NCBI GenBank assembly: GCA_027046625.1
Contig: JALTXX010000008.1
Coordinates: 1-55,368 of the forward strand
From: Candidatus Micrarchaeota archaeon
GTDB taxonomy: Archaea; Iainarchaeota; Iainarchaeia; JAADDC01
Length of the DNA: 55,368 bases
Reading direction: 5' to 3'
Shown: positions 27,626 through 37,487 of the stretch, piece by piece
Numbering within the stretch: the stretch's first letter is position 1
Layout: the number at the start of each line of letters is the position of its first letter
Notes under the pieces: model-generated
Databases searched by the model: none
Seen by the model: the letters and a program-made list of their open reading frames with translations, nothing else
Told to the model about the DNA's origin: nothing
Position numbers and translations under genes: made by a program

Positions 27626-29260
27626 ATGGTGGAGATACAGAAACAGCCCGTAATCTTTTTGGGTGAGGGTGCCCAGAGGGTTGTAGGTAAGGATGCCCAG
27701 AGGCTGAATATACTTGTTGCAAGGGCAGTAGCAAACGTAGTAAGAACCACTCTAGGTCCAAAAGGTATGGATAAGATGCTAGTGGATGAACTGGGAGATA
27801 TCACCATTACCAACGACGGTGCCACTATATTGAACGAAATGAGCATAGAGCACCCAGCAGGCAAGATTATGGTAGAAGTGGCAAAAACACAGGACGAAGA
27901 GGCAGGAGACGGGACTACTACAGCAGTAGTACTTGCAGGAGAGTTGCTTGGCAACGCAGAAAAGCTGCTGGATCAGGAGATACACCCAAGCATCATAATA
28001 AAGGGTTACAGACTTGCCACAGAGAAGGCGGTAGAAATACTAGAGGAGGTATCTGATCCTGTTGACATAAAGGACGAAGAGACACTAAAGAAGATAGCCA
28101 TGACAACCATGACAGGAAAGGCAACAGAAGCAAGAGAAAAACTCGCCCAAATAGTAGTAGATGCTATAAAACTAGTGGCCGAAGAGGTGGATGGAAAGAT
28201 TGTAATTGATGCAGACCAGATAAAAATAGAGAAAAAACAAGGAGGGGCGCTTTCGGATACCCAACTAGTGAAGGGTATTGTAATTGATAAAGAGAGAGTA
28301 CATCCCCAGATGCCTAAGAGGGTAGAGAAAGCTAAGATAGCACTTATAAACTCAGCACTTGAGGTAAGAGAGACGGAAACAGATGCAAGAATAAATATCA
28401 CGTCACCTGACCAGCTACAGGCGTTTATTGAGCAGGAAGAGAGGATGATCAAGGAGATGGTTGACAAAATTGTGGAGAGCGGTGCGAACGTAGTATTTGT
28501 GCAGAAGGGTATAGATGATCTTGCCCAGCACTTCCTAGCAAAGGCTGGTATACTTGCAGTAAGAAGGGTTAAGAAGAGCGATATGGAGAAGCTTGCAAGA
28601 GCCACAGGAGCAAAGATCGTCACAAGAATAGATGACTTGTCCCCAGAGGACCTTGGTGAAGCAGAGCTTGTGGAGGAGAGGAAGATAGCAGGAGAATCCA
28701 TGATATTTGTGGAAGGATGTAAGAATCCCAAGGCTGTTACCATATTGGTAAGAGGTGGAGCAGAGCATGTAGTGGATGAGGCAGAAAGGGCCATAAAGGA
28801 TGCCATAGGCTCGGTGACATCTGCCATAGAGAGTGGAAGGGTGCTGGCTGGTGGAGGAGCTCCAGAGATGGCCGTTGCCGTAAGATTGAGAGAGTATGCC
28901 CAGAAGGTGGGTGGAAAGGAACAACTAGCAATAGAGGCATTTGCAGACGCACTTGAAATTGTTCCAAGGACTCTCTCAGAAACGGCAGGAATGGATCCAG
29001 TAGATACCATTGTAAAACTTAGAAGTATACACACAAAGGAGAAGGACGGTAAATACTACGGTGTAGACGTATTTAACGGTGAGATAGCCAATATGAAGGA
29101 CAAGAGCGTACTTGAGCCACTAAAGGTAAAGTCCCAGGCTATGATAAGCGCCTCAGAGGCAGCCCAGCTCATCCTAAGAATAGATGACATTATAGCAGCG
29201 GCAAAGAAAGAGGAGAGCAAGGAAGGAGAGGGAGCCGAGACAGACACAGAGTTTGACTAA
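27626..29260 (+). CDS. ths: Thermosome (group II chaperonin) subunit
   Basis: [31 protein letters not shown]; SD GGAGGTGA. Confidence 0.98.
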   Translation: MVEIQKQPVIFLGEGAQRVVGKDAQRLNILVARAVANVVRTTLGPKGMDKMLVDELGDITITNDGATILNEMSIEHPAGKIMVEVAKTQDEEAGDGTTTAVVLAGELLGNAEKLLDQEIHPSIIIKGYRLATEKAVEILEEVSDPVDIKDEETLKKIAMTTMTGKATEAREKLAQIVVDAIKLVAEEVDGKIVIDADQIKIEKKQGGALSDTQLVKGIVIDKERVHPQMPKRVEKAKIALINSALEVRETETDARINITSPDQLQAFIEQEERMIKEMVDKIVESGANVVFVQKGIDDLAQHFLAKAGILAVRRVKKSDMEKLARATGAKIVTRIDDLSPEDLGEAELVEERKIAGESMIFVEGCKNPKAVTILVRGGAEHVVDEAERAIKDAIGSVTSAIESGRVLAGGGAPEMAVAVRLREYAQKVGGKEQLAIEAFADALEIVPRTLSETAGMDPVDTIVKLRSIHTKEKDGKYYGVDVFNGEIANMKDKSVLEPLKVKSQAMISASEAAQLILRIDDIIAAAKKEESKEGEGAETDTEFD

Positions 29261-29293
29261 CATATATAAACCCCCCTCCTTTATCTTTTTTCT

Positions 29294-29707
29294 ATGAAGC
29301 TCCCACCGGAAATTAAGGAGCGGATAAAAAATACAAAAATCAGGAAATTTTCCCTGGACAAGCGTCCACTGCTTCAACATCTCCTTATAAAGCAGGGTAT
29401 AATAGATGAACACGATGCAAAACTACATGCTCATATAATATTTGAACACCGCTTGCCAAAAGACATTTCAAAGGATCTAAAGGATAGATTTGTGCGTGCT
29501 GCCTATAGACCGGTTCGAGATACAAAGCATTTGGTAAAAATATGGGAGAATGAGTCGAAGATAAGGGAAAGACTGTTCTTTGCTTCTCATACAGCAGCAT
29601 TAGCGCTAAGAAGGGGTTATAGAAAAGGTAAAAGGGTAACAGTGGAAGATGCGGCAAAAGAGATAGTAGATGCATACGAAGAAGTTGCAAAGATTTGTTG
29701 CGAGTAG
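29294..29707 (+). CDS. Hypothetical basic protein
   Basis: 137-aa ORF filling the intergenic space. Confidence 0.65.
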   Translation: MKLPPEIKERIKNTKIRKFSLDKRPLLQHLLIKQGIIDEHDAKLHAHIIFEHRLPKDISKDLKDRFVRAAYRPVRDTKHLVKIWENESKIRERLFFASHTAALALRRGYRKGKRVTVEDAAKEIVDAYEEVAKICCE

Positions 29708-29875
29708 CTAAAGTGGATAAAATAGGAAGAGGAGAATTTCTATTGCTATGATGGCTCCTACTATAAGGAATACTTGTTGTGGGGAGAGCTTTGGAGCCCC
29801 CGTCTCAAGAGAGAAGGATAGTACTCCTAACGCTGTTGCAGGGGACTCTGTCTTTATCTTTTGTAACTTGGGCAC
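29708..29875 (-). CDS. secG: Preprotein translocase subunit Sec61beta/SecG
   Basis: ALGVLSF, KLSPQQV plus one TM; probable GTG start 29875. Confidence 0.8.
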   Translation of the reverse strand: MPKLQKIKTESPATALGVLSFSLETGAPKLSPQQVFLIVGAIIAIEILLFLFYPL

Positions 29876-29912
29876 GATGAACTTTATAACGTAGAACACC
29901 TTATAAACTATC

Positions 29913-30749
29913 ATGAACAAACAGGCAATCATTAACATTATCATACTTGTTGTTCTACTCTTTGGAGGGTTGTATCTATCTACAAAGTTGGGCTATATTC
30001 ATTGTACAGCAATACCAAACTGGTGTGATGTCTATACCGCCATAAATGAAGCAGTGCTCGGAAGACCCTATCCCTTTGTTCTGGTGGCGTATGGAAATGA
30101 TGGTATGGGGGATCCAAAAGCGGTGTACGAGTACTTTACTAATGTTTGCAGGCTAAAAACACAGATAAAAAACATAAATAATCTGTATTTGGGCAATCTA
30201 AAACGGTATGACGCTATTATAGTTACCCATGCGAAAACACTTAGCACAGAGCAGCTAGAAATGTTATGGGACTATGCGGCTGGTGGTGGCAAGTTAATAC
30301 TGATAGGGGATGTTGGAACAAAGAGTAACAAAGATGATTACCTAAGGTGGGAAGATCTGGAAGGAAACAGAGAGGGCATAGTAAATGTGTGGGATAGAAA
30401 AAAGGAAACAGGAGATATCATTCAATTTGGATCTTTTCTGTTGGGGCTAAAGTACATTGGTGAAGGTACGGGAGGCGAACTGGTAACAGAGCTTGGAGAG
30501 CTTACTGACGGTCTTCCTAGGAGGATGAGCATAAATATACCGTTTGCAGCAGTAAAGGTAATTGGTGCATCTGCCTTTGGGCCGTATACTGTTGAGGGTG
30601 TAATAGAAAATACTAGACAAATAGGAGATGAACCTCCTCCCTATCCCGCTATCCTTAGAGTGGGATATAGGTTATTTTATATATCATTTCCACCCGAGGA
30701 GATGGGCAACATGCTCATATACAATAACCTCTGCAGAGTGGTAACCTAA
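29913..30749 (+). CDS. Membrane-anchored protein with class I GATase-like domain
   Basis: N-terminal TM; YDAIIV...L.DY..GGGKLILIG. Confidence 0.7.
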   Translation: MNKQAIINIIILVVLLFGGLYLSTKLGYIHCTAIPNWCDVYTAINEAVLGRPYPFVLVAYGNDGMGDPKAVYEYFTNVCRLKTQIKNINNLYLGNLKRYDAIIVTHAKTLSTEQLEMLWDYAAGGGKLILIGDVGTKSNKDDYLRWEDLEGNREGIVNVWDRKKETGDIIQFGSFLLGLKYIGEGTGGELVTELGELTDGLPRRMSINIPFAAVKVIGASAFGPYTVEGVIENTRQIGDEPPPYPAILRVGYRLFYISFPPEEMGNMLIYNNLCRVVT

Positions 30750-30782
30750 TAATTTAAATACATCCTAACACTATAGTTAGGC

Positions 30783-31685
30783 ATGTACGGTGGTGGGCAG
30801 CAAGGAGGAAAAGACGATGCGGCGCTCATGGCCGCGCTGGCTATGGCAGCAGCCCAACAAGAAGAAGCTCGCAAGAAAACCAAATTCTTAGAAGCTGCTC
30901 TCCCAGTAGCATTGCTGGCAATTTTGGTGCTCATATTTGCTGTAAAGCTTGGATTTATAGATCTGAGTGTTATCCCTATCTTCCAGCAGCCTGTAACTGT
31001 GCTAATACTGACAGATAACGACGCTTCTGTAGAAATAAGGAACCTATATACAGTACTACAGCAGGAATCCTCCTACTACAAGATAAAACCAAGAAAGATG
31101 ATTATTAGGCCGACAACCAGGCTTTCTGCCTCCCAACTGGCAGATGCAGATGTGGTAATACTCTATCAAGTAGAAGATAAGGTGCTAACCACAAAGCAGA
31201 GGCTAGAATTGGCAAAATATGTAAGAAACGGCGGCAAGCTTATTGTGGTGCTAAACTCAGGTACGTACACAACAGAGTGTGATGTAAGTTATCCATGTAG
31301 TGCGTCAAAGAAGGTATGGATAGGCTGGAAGGAACTAAAGGACTTCATGCCAGTAGAGTGCTACGAAGAAGCCTCCTGCAGACCCACAACTCTAAATAAT
31401 GCAACTCTTACAACTATAGATCCTGATCACCCTATTATGAGGGGCTATGATGAGCTTACCTTGGGAAGTGTAAAGGTAATAAAGGAACTCCAGTTATCTA
31501 ACACAGGATTAGATGTGGCAGATATCCAGAAAGCAACGGGAGAAACAGTAGAATCGCTTACCTTGGGTATTACGGTAAGCAGCGGCATCTTTGGAACAAG
31601 AGTGGTGCACTTCAACTATGATCCATGGAAGACAAGAAACATACTTATAAACACCATACTTTACCTTGCGGGTAGAAGTCCATGA
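30783..31685 (+). CDS. Membrane-anchored protein with class I GATase-like domain (paralogue)
   Basis: TM; ADVVIL...L.KYVRNGGKLIVV, DHPIMRG. Confidence 0.7.
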   Translation: MYGGGQQGGKDDAALMAALAMAAAQQEEARKKTKFLEAALPVALLAILVLIFAVKLGFIDLSVIPIFQQPVTVLILTDNDASVEIRNLYTVLQQESSYYKIKPRKMIIRPTTRLSASQLADADVVILYQVEDKVLTTKQRLELAKYVRNGGKLIVVLNSGTYTTECDVSYPCSASKKVWIGWKELKDFMPVECYEEASCRPTTLNNATLTTIDPDHPIMRGYDELTLGSVKVIKELQLSNTGLDVADIQKATGETVESLTLGITVSSGIFGTRVVHFNYDPWKTRNILINTILYLAGRSP

Positions 31686-32494
31686 GACTCATAGTAGGTG
31701 TAGATCCCGGCAAATATGTGGGTATAGCAGCATTAAACTTCAGGGGAAAGGTAGAGTTTGTCACCACTTTGCTCCATCCCTCCTTTGATGTAGTAGTAAG
31801 AAGCATTATAGAGAAAGGAAGACCTGTAATTGTAGCTACAGATGTGAATCCACCCCCAGAGATGGTAAAACGAGTTGCTTCTCAGACTGGAAGTATACTA
31901 TTCACGCCAAAGGAGGATATCAGAAGGGCAGAAAAGGAAAGAATCATGAGAGATGTATTTTCCCTTTCGTTGAATGACCACGAGAGGGACGCGCTTGCTT
32001 CAGCTTATACAGCATACCAACACTATAAGCCTGTTATAGAAAGAGTGATGAAAAGGTTTGAGGACGAATCATTTAGAGAAGAGATAATAGAAAGGGTTAT
32101 TAGGGGCAACCAGCTTGTTGGAAGCATATTAGAGGAATTCCCACCGTCAAGGAAATCCTCCTCTACCCGCCAACGTGCAAGAGATCCAAAAGAGGTTATT
32201 AGGCTCCGACAGAGGATAACAGAACTGTTGGAGGAGAGAGATAGGTTGTTAAAAGAGATAGACAGGCTAAGGAAAAGAGAACCCATAGTAATTTCTGCTG
32301 ATACAAGGGTAAGGCAACTTGAAGAAAAGATTTTGAAGCTAAGAAGGGAAAAGGAGATGCTTGTGGAGTATGTCGAACATTTGCATAGACTTGTGGAGGA
32401 TCTTACGAAAAGAGAGGAACAACATCCACCTTCTATAGACGAGATGATAAGGGAGTATAGAGAACTCAGGAAGCAACAACTGAAGCTCCTTTAA
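31682..32494 (+). CDS. DUF460/COG2433 RNase H-fold protein with coiled coil
   Basis: [26 protein letters not shown]. Confidence 0.88.
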   Translation: MRLIVGVDPGKYVGIAALNFRGKVEFVTTLLHPSFDVVVRSIIEKGRPVIVATDVNPPPEMVKRVASQTGSILFTPKEDIRRAEKERIMRDVFSLSLNDHERDALASAYTAYQHYKPVIERVMKRFEDESFREEIIERVIRGNQLVGSILEEFPPSRKSSSTRQRARDPKEVIRLRQRITELLEERDRLLKEIDRLRKREPIVISADTRVRQLEEKILKLRREKEMLVEYVEHLHRLVEDLTKREEQHPPSIDEMIREYRELRKQQLKLL

Positions 32495-32531
32495 ACCTTC
32501 CACCTATTCATTCCTTCACGGGGTGATACCA

Positions 32532-32798
32532 ATGGCAGAGAATGAGATATACGTGGGCAAGAAACCAGTAATGAACTATGTGTTGGCTGTAGTAACACAG
32601 TTCAACCAGGGAGCAAAGGAGGTGCACATAAAAGCAAGAGGAAAGGCCATTTCTAAGGCTGTAGATGTAGCAGAAATAGTCAGAAACCGCTTTGTTTCCG
32701 ACGCGAAGGTAAAAGAGATAACTATTGGTACTGAGGAGGTACAGGGAGAGAACGGGACCACCAAGGTGTCAGCCATAGACATTGTGCTGGCAAAGTGA
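32532..32798 (+). CDS. albA: DNA/RNA-binding protein Alba
   Basis: [29 protein letters not shown]. Confidence 0.97.
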   Translation: MAENEIYVGKKPVMNYVLAVVTQFNQGAKEVHIKARGKAISKAVDVAEIVRNRFVSDAKVKEITIGTEEVQGENGTTKVSAIDIVLAK

Positions 32799-32832
32799 TC
32801 CCTTTATTTTTCCTCCGTTTTTATATTTATTC

Positions 32833-33339
32833 ATGGTGCAACTACCCATCTGTGATAGATGTGCAAGCACAGAGGAATTGTGTGAAGTGGACAGAGAGAA
32901 GCTAGAAAAGGGGTATATAACAGAGTTTGATGTTCAAGTGGCTAGAATACTCTATGATATGGACAAATATTTTAGAATAGGAGATGAAGTAGAACTCATT
33001 AGAGCATACGATCTAGGATCCTTTGTTTTGATAGTAATAAGAGGAGAGATAGGCCGACTTATTGGGAAGAAAGGGAAGGTACTAAAGGAACTAAGAAACA
33101 GGATAGGAAAACCGGTAAGGATAGTAGAAGTGGATGTGGATGAGAAGAAAACGGTGCAGGATCTCTTCTCTGGAGTTAGAGTAATAGGGGTCAGCAGGGG
33201 TATGACACCATCTGGTCCGTCCTATACCATCTATATCCTCCGGAGGGATGCCAAGTTCCTTCCCTTCCCCTTTAAGGATATGGAGAAGGCACTCAAGGTA
33301 CTTTTAAATAAGCAGGTACGTATAGAGTTTGTAGAGTAA
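32833..33339 (+). CDS. NusA-like KH-domain protein with N-terminal Cys motif
   Basis: PICDRC, GRLIGKKGK KH loop. Confidence 0.85.
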   Translation: MVQLPICDRCASTEELCEVDREKLEKGYITEFDVQVARILYDMDKYFRIGDEVELIRAYDLGSFVLIVIRGEIGRLIGKKGKVLKELRNRIGKPVRIVEVDVDEKKTVQDLFSGVRVIGVSRGMTPSGPSYTIYILRRDAKFLPFPFKDMEKALKVLLNKQVRIEFVE

Positions 33340-33360
33340 ACTCCCCACAAATGGGGAGTT
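33339..33360. repeat. 9-bp inverted repeat (terminator or operator)
   Basis: AACTCCCCA-CAAA-TGGGGAGTT. Confidence 0.6.
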
Positions 33361-33389
33361 AGATATTCTAAGGGAAACAATATATAGTG

Positions 33390-33405
33390 TCATGACATGT
33401 CATGA
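33390..33405. promoter_or_regulatory. 16-bp perfect palindrome, probable operator
   Basis: TCATGACATGTCATGA between TATATA (33381-33386) and ATG 33412. Confidence 0.65.
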
Positions 33406-33411
33406 AATAAC

Positions 33412-33783
33412 ATGGAGGATCGTGATACCATCATACAAGAACTTGCTGATATAAAACCCTTACTAGAAAGGGCAGACAATGCCACCATAGTGTTACTGCT
33501 CACCACTCTCATTGAGGAACGTAGGCGCACAAATAAACTCCTGGAAGAAATACTGCAGCTACTGAAACAAGAAAAAGGAGAAAATGTAGAGGATCTAGCA
33601 GAGCAGGATGAAAAGATACTGGAGCTCATCAGAGAAAGAGGATATGTTACTGCGGAGGATGTGAAGGAAGCCCTCGGGTATAGGGGGCTTAATGGTGCAT
33701 CTGCGCGCCTAAATAACTTACATAAAAGAGGTATACTTCGCAAAATAAGAAAAGGAAAGAAGGTATACTTCACGCTTTCATAG
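33412..33783 (+). CDS. Winged-helix transcriptional regulator
   Basis: N-terminal coiled coil; ILELIRERGYVTAEDVKEALG..ASARLNNL..GIL..IRKGKKVYF. Confidence 0.85.
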   Translation: MEDRDTIIQELADIKPLLERADNATIVLLLTTLIEERRRTNKLLEEILQLLKQEKGENVEDLAEQDEKILELIRERGYVTAEDVKEALGYRGLNGASARLNNLHKRGILRKIRKGKKVYFTLS

Positions 33784-33904
33784 GGGGCTCGCCCATCGGA
33801 TCCACCTCCGCACACTCCACCTCCCTCGCCCCCTTTCTTTTTTCAACTTTGTAGGAACAAAGAGGAAAGGGTGGCTCTAAAAAGATGAAACACCATAGAA
33901 AAGT

Positions 33905-35140
33905 GTGCAAGAGGTACCCATAGCACTTGGTAGAAAGGAGACAGACATAAAAACGTTTGGGTACAGAGGGATGGCCTACATAGGAAGGGTAGTACTGGGA
34001 AAGGGAGATAAAATAGCCCTCGGAAGACCGGTTATGATGGATATTTCCCAGTCTCACGTAGTTTTAATTATGGGGAAGCGAGGATATGGAAAGAGTTACA
34101 CAATGGGGGTCGTTATGGAGGAATTTGATCGAATGCCATACTCTATAAGATCCCATATATCTCTCCTCGTGATAGACACGCTTGGTGTGTTCTGGACGTC
34201 GAGGTATCCGGCAAAGGAAGCTGGGTGGGGATTATCACCTAGAGGATTGGAGAACTTTATGCTGCTTGTTCCCTACGAGAGTAGAGAGCGATACATAAAC
34301 GCAGGCATAAAAGTGGATGGAGTTATTTCGCTAAGGAGTGATGAAATTGGGTTAGATGAGTGGTTTGAGCTTCTAAACATCACACGTGACCCCAATCTCC
34401 AAGGGGCATTTCTGGATGTGTATGAAAAAGGAGGGGGAACAATAGAGGGAATGTTGAGAGAGTGTGACAACACTCCAGAATGTAGGTATATCTCCTCTCT
34501 TCTAAAGGACATACGTAGGAAGCGATTTATTGTGGACAATGCACCTTCTGTACTATCCTATGTACGGGGCGGAAGGATCATAAATATGGATATTAGCACA
34601 TTTAGAAGTAGTGTGAGATTGCAACGAATCTTTCTAGCAGTACTTGGTAGAAAACTCATGGAAGAGAGACTTATGGCAAAAAAGGAGGAAGATGCAAGCA
34701 TAATAAGGGGTGAGCCTGTATCAACATACCCCATTGTGTGGCTCATGGTGGATGAGGGGCATCTATTTGCAGGACAACGTGAGGAATCCCCTTCAAGAGA
34801 AGTGCTTCGGGCATGGGCAAAGTTGGGACGCCAGCCCGGTTTGGGTCTTATACTGGCCACTCAACAACCATCCGATCTGGACAGAGATATAATAACTCAA
34901 ACCGACATATTCATATCCCATAGACTTACAAGCAAGATAGATCTAGACGCTCTAGCAGATATAAAGCCAACATACGTGGGAAGGAGCCTTTCAGAGGAGA
35001 TAAAGACCATGGGTCATGAAAAAGGCCTTGCAGTGGCCCTTGATGATATAACGGAGAGAAATCTCCTCATAAAGGTACGCCCTCGTACCTCTATGCACGG
35101 AGGATTCTCAGCATCGGCTTTGAGGTTTTCCTATATGTAA
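33905..35140 (+). CDS. HerA/DUF87-family ATPase
   Basis: Walker A GKRGYGKS, Walker B LMVDEGH, GRQPG, ATQQP. Confidence 0.9.
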   Translation: MQEVPIALGRKETDIKTFGYRGMAYIGRVVLGKGDKIALGRPVMMDISQSHVVLIMGKRGYGKSYTMGVVMEEFDRMPYSIRSHISLLVIDTLGVFWTSRYPAKEAGWGLSPRGLENFMLLVPYESRERYINAGIKVDGVISLRSDEIGLDEWFELLNITRDPNLQGAFLDVYEKGGGTIEGMLRECDNTPECRYISSLLKDIRRKRFIVDNAPSVLSYVRGGRIINMDISTFRSSVRLQRIFLAVLGRKLMEERLMAKKEEDASIIRGEPVSTYPIVWLMVDEGHLFAGQREESPSREVLRAWAKLGRQPGLGLILATQQPSDLDRDIITQTDIFISHRLTSKIDLDALADIKPTYVGRSLSEEIKTMGHEKGLAVALDDITERNLLIKVRPRTSMHGGFSASALRFSYM

Positions 35141-35177
35141 CCCCTTTTTAAAAACACCACACCATAAGTTAGTGGTA

Positions 35178-35756
35178 ATGGGCGAGGGGGGTAGGAAGGT
35201 AAAATATCGCGTGGAAAATATTGTAGCCTACGCAAACCTAGATGCGGACATCGATTTATTTAATCTTGCCCTAAACATGGACAACGTAGAATACGAACCC
35301 GAACAATTTCCCGGAGCAATTGTGAGGATATCAGACCCACCCTCTACTCTTCTCATCTTTAAGAATGGAAAGGTCATATGTACAGGTACAAGAACAGAGG
35401 AGGGTGTAAGAAAAGCACTTAAAAGAGCCGTGGAAGAGATAAGAGAGGCTGTCCCCGAGTTAAAATTACCAGATCCGGACAAGATTTCTTTCCAGATAGA
35501 AAACATTGTAGCATCTGCGTCTCTCGAAAATGTGAAAGACATAGACCTTTACATGTTGGCAGAGATGATGGACAACGTAGAATACGAACCCGAACAATTT
35601 CCCGGAGCCATCATACGTATGAACGAAGGCAACCCCACAATACTGCTATTCAAGAATGGAAAACTCATTTGTGCAGGTGCAAAGAGTGAGAAAGAAATAG
35701 AAGAGGCTATTAAAAAGCTAGAGAAGATGTTAGAAGAGGTAGAAGGTAAACAATAA
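35178..35756 (+). CDS. tbp: TATA-box binding protein
   Basis: Two repeats of ENIVA, YEPEQFPG, FKNGK. Confidence 0.98.
   Translation: MGEGGRKVKYRVENIVAYANLDADIDLFNLALNMDNVEYEPEQFPGAIVRISDPPSTLLIFKNGKVICTGTRTEEGVRKALKRAVEEIREAVPELKLPDPDKISFQIENIVASASLENVKDIDLYMLAEMMDNVEYEPEQFPGAIIRMNEGNPTILLFKNGKLICAGAKSEKEIEEAIKKLEKMLEEVEGKQ
35277..35608 (+). repeat. 41-nt exact direct repeat within tbp
   Basis: 35277-35317 is identical to 35568-35608. Confidence 0.9.
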
Positions 35757-35783
35757 AAGGATTTTGCTACCCCATCAACATTG

Positions 35784-35901
35784 GGTCGACGGCCATAGTG
35801 GCGGGGAAACACCCGGTCTCATTTCGAACCCGGAAGTTAAGCCCGCCCACGTCCCGGATGGTACTGGCGGAAACGCCGGGAAGTCCGGGAAGCCGTCGCC
35901 C
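35784..35901 (+). rRNA. rrf: 5S rRNA
   Basis: GGCCATAG, CACCCGGTCTCATTTCGAACCCGGAAGTTAAG, GTACTG, GGGAA; helix I CGACGGC/GCCGTCG; ends approximate. Confidence 0.95.
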
Positions 35902-35942
35902 CCTTCCACTAATTTTATAAACATGCAAGATGTTATAGCAGA

Positions 35943-36269
35943 GTGAAGGTAAACATAATTATTCATAAAAATGCGGAGCTGGACGACTGGGAGGAAAAAG
36001 TAAGCGATGTGTTAAAATCTAAGGTATCTCCTATAAGCATAACCTTTTCTTGGGTAGAAAATGAGTTTGAATTGCCCCGTGGAGTACAGGATGGGCTAAA
36101 TGTGGCAGTTTTGGCCCCAAAAAAAGGAACAGAACCGTTAATGGCGCCTATAGTGGATAGACTTATGGAAAAAGATGTTAGGATATTCTATACATCCTAT
36201 GAGGATGCTCCTTCTTCCTTAGAGGATTTCATTCAGTTCCTTCTTAGGATAATGGGTGTGGAAGGATGA
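35943..36269 (+). CDS. Hypothetical protein, weak lumazine/archaeal riboflavin synthase-like pattern
   Basis: MKVNII...V...FELP pattern. Confidence 0.45.
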   Translation: MKVNIIIHKNAELDDWEEKVSDVLKSKVSPISITFSWVENEFELPRGVQDGLNVAVLAPKKGTEPLMAPIVDRLMEKDVRIFYTSYEDAPSSLEDFIQFLLRIMGVEG

Positions 36270-37138
36270 GGGTTTATCCAGTGGGTAGTGGGGTGGTAAT
36301 AGGTAGGTATGCCATCGATGTGCCCACTCCCCAGAAGGGGAAGATTCATATTGTCACCCATGCACATTGGGATCATATGCAAGCTGCAAGAAGGGTGCCT
36401 GCCCTTTCCTCAGAAGAAACAAGTATTTATGCAAGAATACGGGGTGTAGAACTGTATCCAACAGAAGATATCATGTTTCTTCACGCAGGACACATTCCAG
36501 GATCCAATATGGTTTACATCCCGGGAAGCAAGGACGTGCTTGTGACTGGAGACTTTAAGCTTGAAAGTGATATAGTTGTAAGGGGATCGGACGTAGAAGG
36601 AGCAGATATCCTTCTAATGGATACCACATTTGGAACTCCTCAGTATGTATTTCCGCCCAGGAGGGATTTATACAAGCTTCTTATGGAGAGGATACGTAGA
36701 TATCGAGAAAGAGGGATGAATGTCGTACTATTAGCATACGAACTAGGAAAAGCGCAGGAGATGACAGCACTACTAAACAGTTATGGGATAGTGCCATACG
36801 TTACTGAGACTATTCACAAAATAAATGCTGCAATTGGACTAAAGGATAGGATGGCTACTATGGGGGAGGGGGTTTACATCTTTCCGCCCCGTATGGGGGA
36901 TATAGTAAGGGCCATGGAGGTACAGAACGGGATACCACATATCTCTATACGTGTGTCAGGGTGGAACTCCAAGCTCCCCATCTCTTCCCATGCAGACTGG
37001 AAACAAACAGTAGAATTTGTGGAGCAGGTATCTCCAGAGATGGTATTAACATACGGTGCCAATGCAAGGGAATCTGCCCACTATTTGAGAAGAGAGGGGT
37101 TTAATGCAAAACCCTTGTTAGAGGAAACAGAAATATAA
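36266..37138 (+). CDS. beta-CASP metallo-beta-lactamase nuclease
   Basis: THAHWDH, AGHIPGS, TGDF, DTTFG, LGKAQE, SSHAD. Confidence 0.9.
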   Translation: MRVYPVGSGVVIGRYAIDVPTPQKGKIHIVTHAHWDHMQAARRVPALSSEETSIYARIRGVELYPTEDIMFLHAGHIPGSNMVYIPGSKDVLVTGDFKLESDIVVRGSDVEGADILLMDTTFGTPQYVFPPRRDLYKLLMERIRRYRERGMNVVLLAYELGKAQEMTALLNSYGIVPYVTETIHKINAAIGLKDRMATMGEGVYIFPPRMGDIVRAMEVQNGIPHISIRVSGWNSKLPISSHADWKQTVEFVEQVSPEMVLTYGANARESAHYLRREGFNAKPLLEETEI

Positions 37139-37162
37139 GAAGAAAGAAAGGGGGAAACCCCT

Positions 37163-37375
37163 TTATGCAAAGAGAGTCTTGTAGGCTAGGTTTACGTCCT
37201 CAGCTGTTACCGTCTTTCTCTTTGCATATCTAGCGTAGTTTACTGCAGCCTGTGTTATCTTTACAGCTATGTCCTCCAGTACCTCTGCCAGTACCTTTAC
37301 AGCCTCGTCAGATACTCTCTGTGCACCAGCCTTTCTTATCAGCCTGTCTACAGGAGCAAGCTGAAGCTCGCCCAT
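37163..37375 (-). CDS. Archaeal histone (HMf family)
   Basis: LAPVDRLIRKAGAQRVS...AKRKTVTAEDV; SD GGAGGTG; GGGGG-AAA-CCCCC hairpin at the 3' end. Confidence 0.97.
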   Translation of the reverse strand: MGELQLAPVDRLIRKAGAQRVSDEAVKVLAEVLEDIAVKITQAAVNYARYAKRKTVTAEDVNLAYKTLFA

Positions 37376-37487
37376 CGTTTCCACCTCCGTGATTATATTA
37401 ATGAGACGCTTATATAAATAGTTTTCGCTTTTCCTACCTCCTCATGGCAAAATCTTTGTTAAGCACTATCCTGATGAATGTATACAA

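Noticed and set aside
28006-29034. 342-aa antisense ORF and other Ser/Phe-rich antisense ORFs
   Set aside because: Shadows of purine-rich sense genes such as the thermosome; no motifs
35549-35966. ORFs 35549..35812, 35764..35946, 35775..35966
   Set aside because: Overlap tbp and the 5S rRNA
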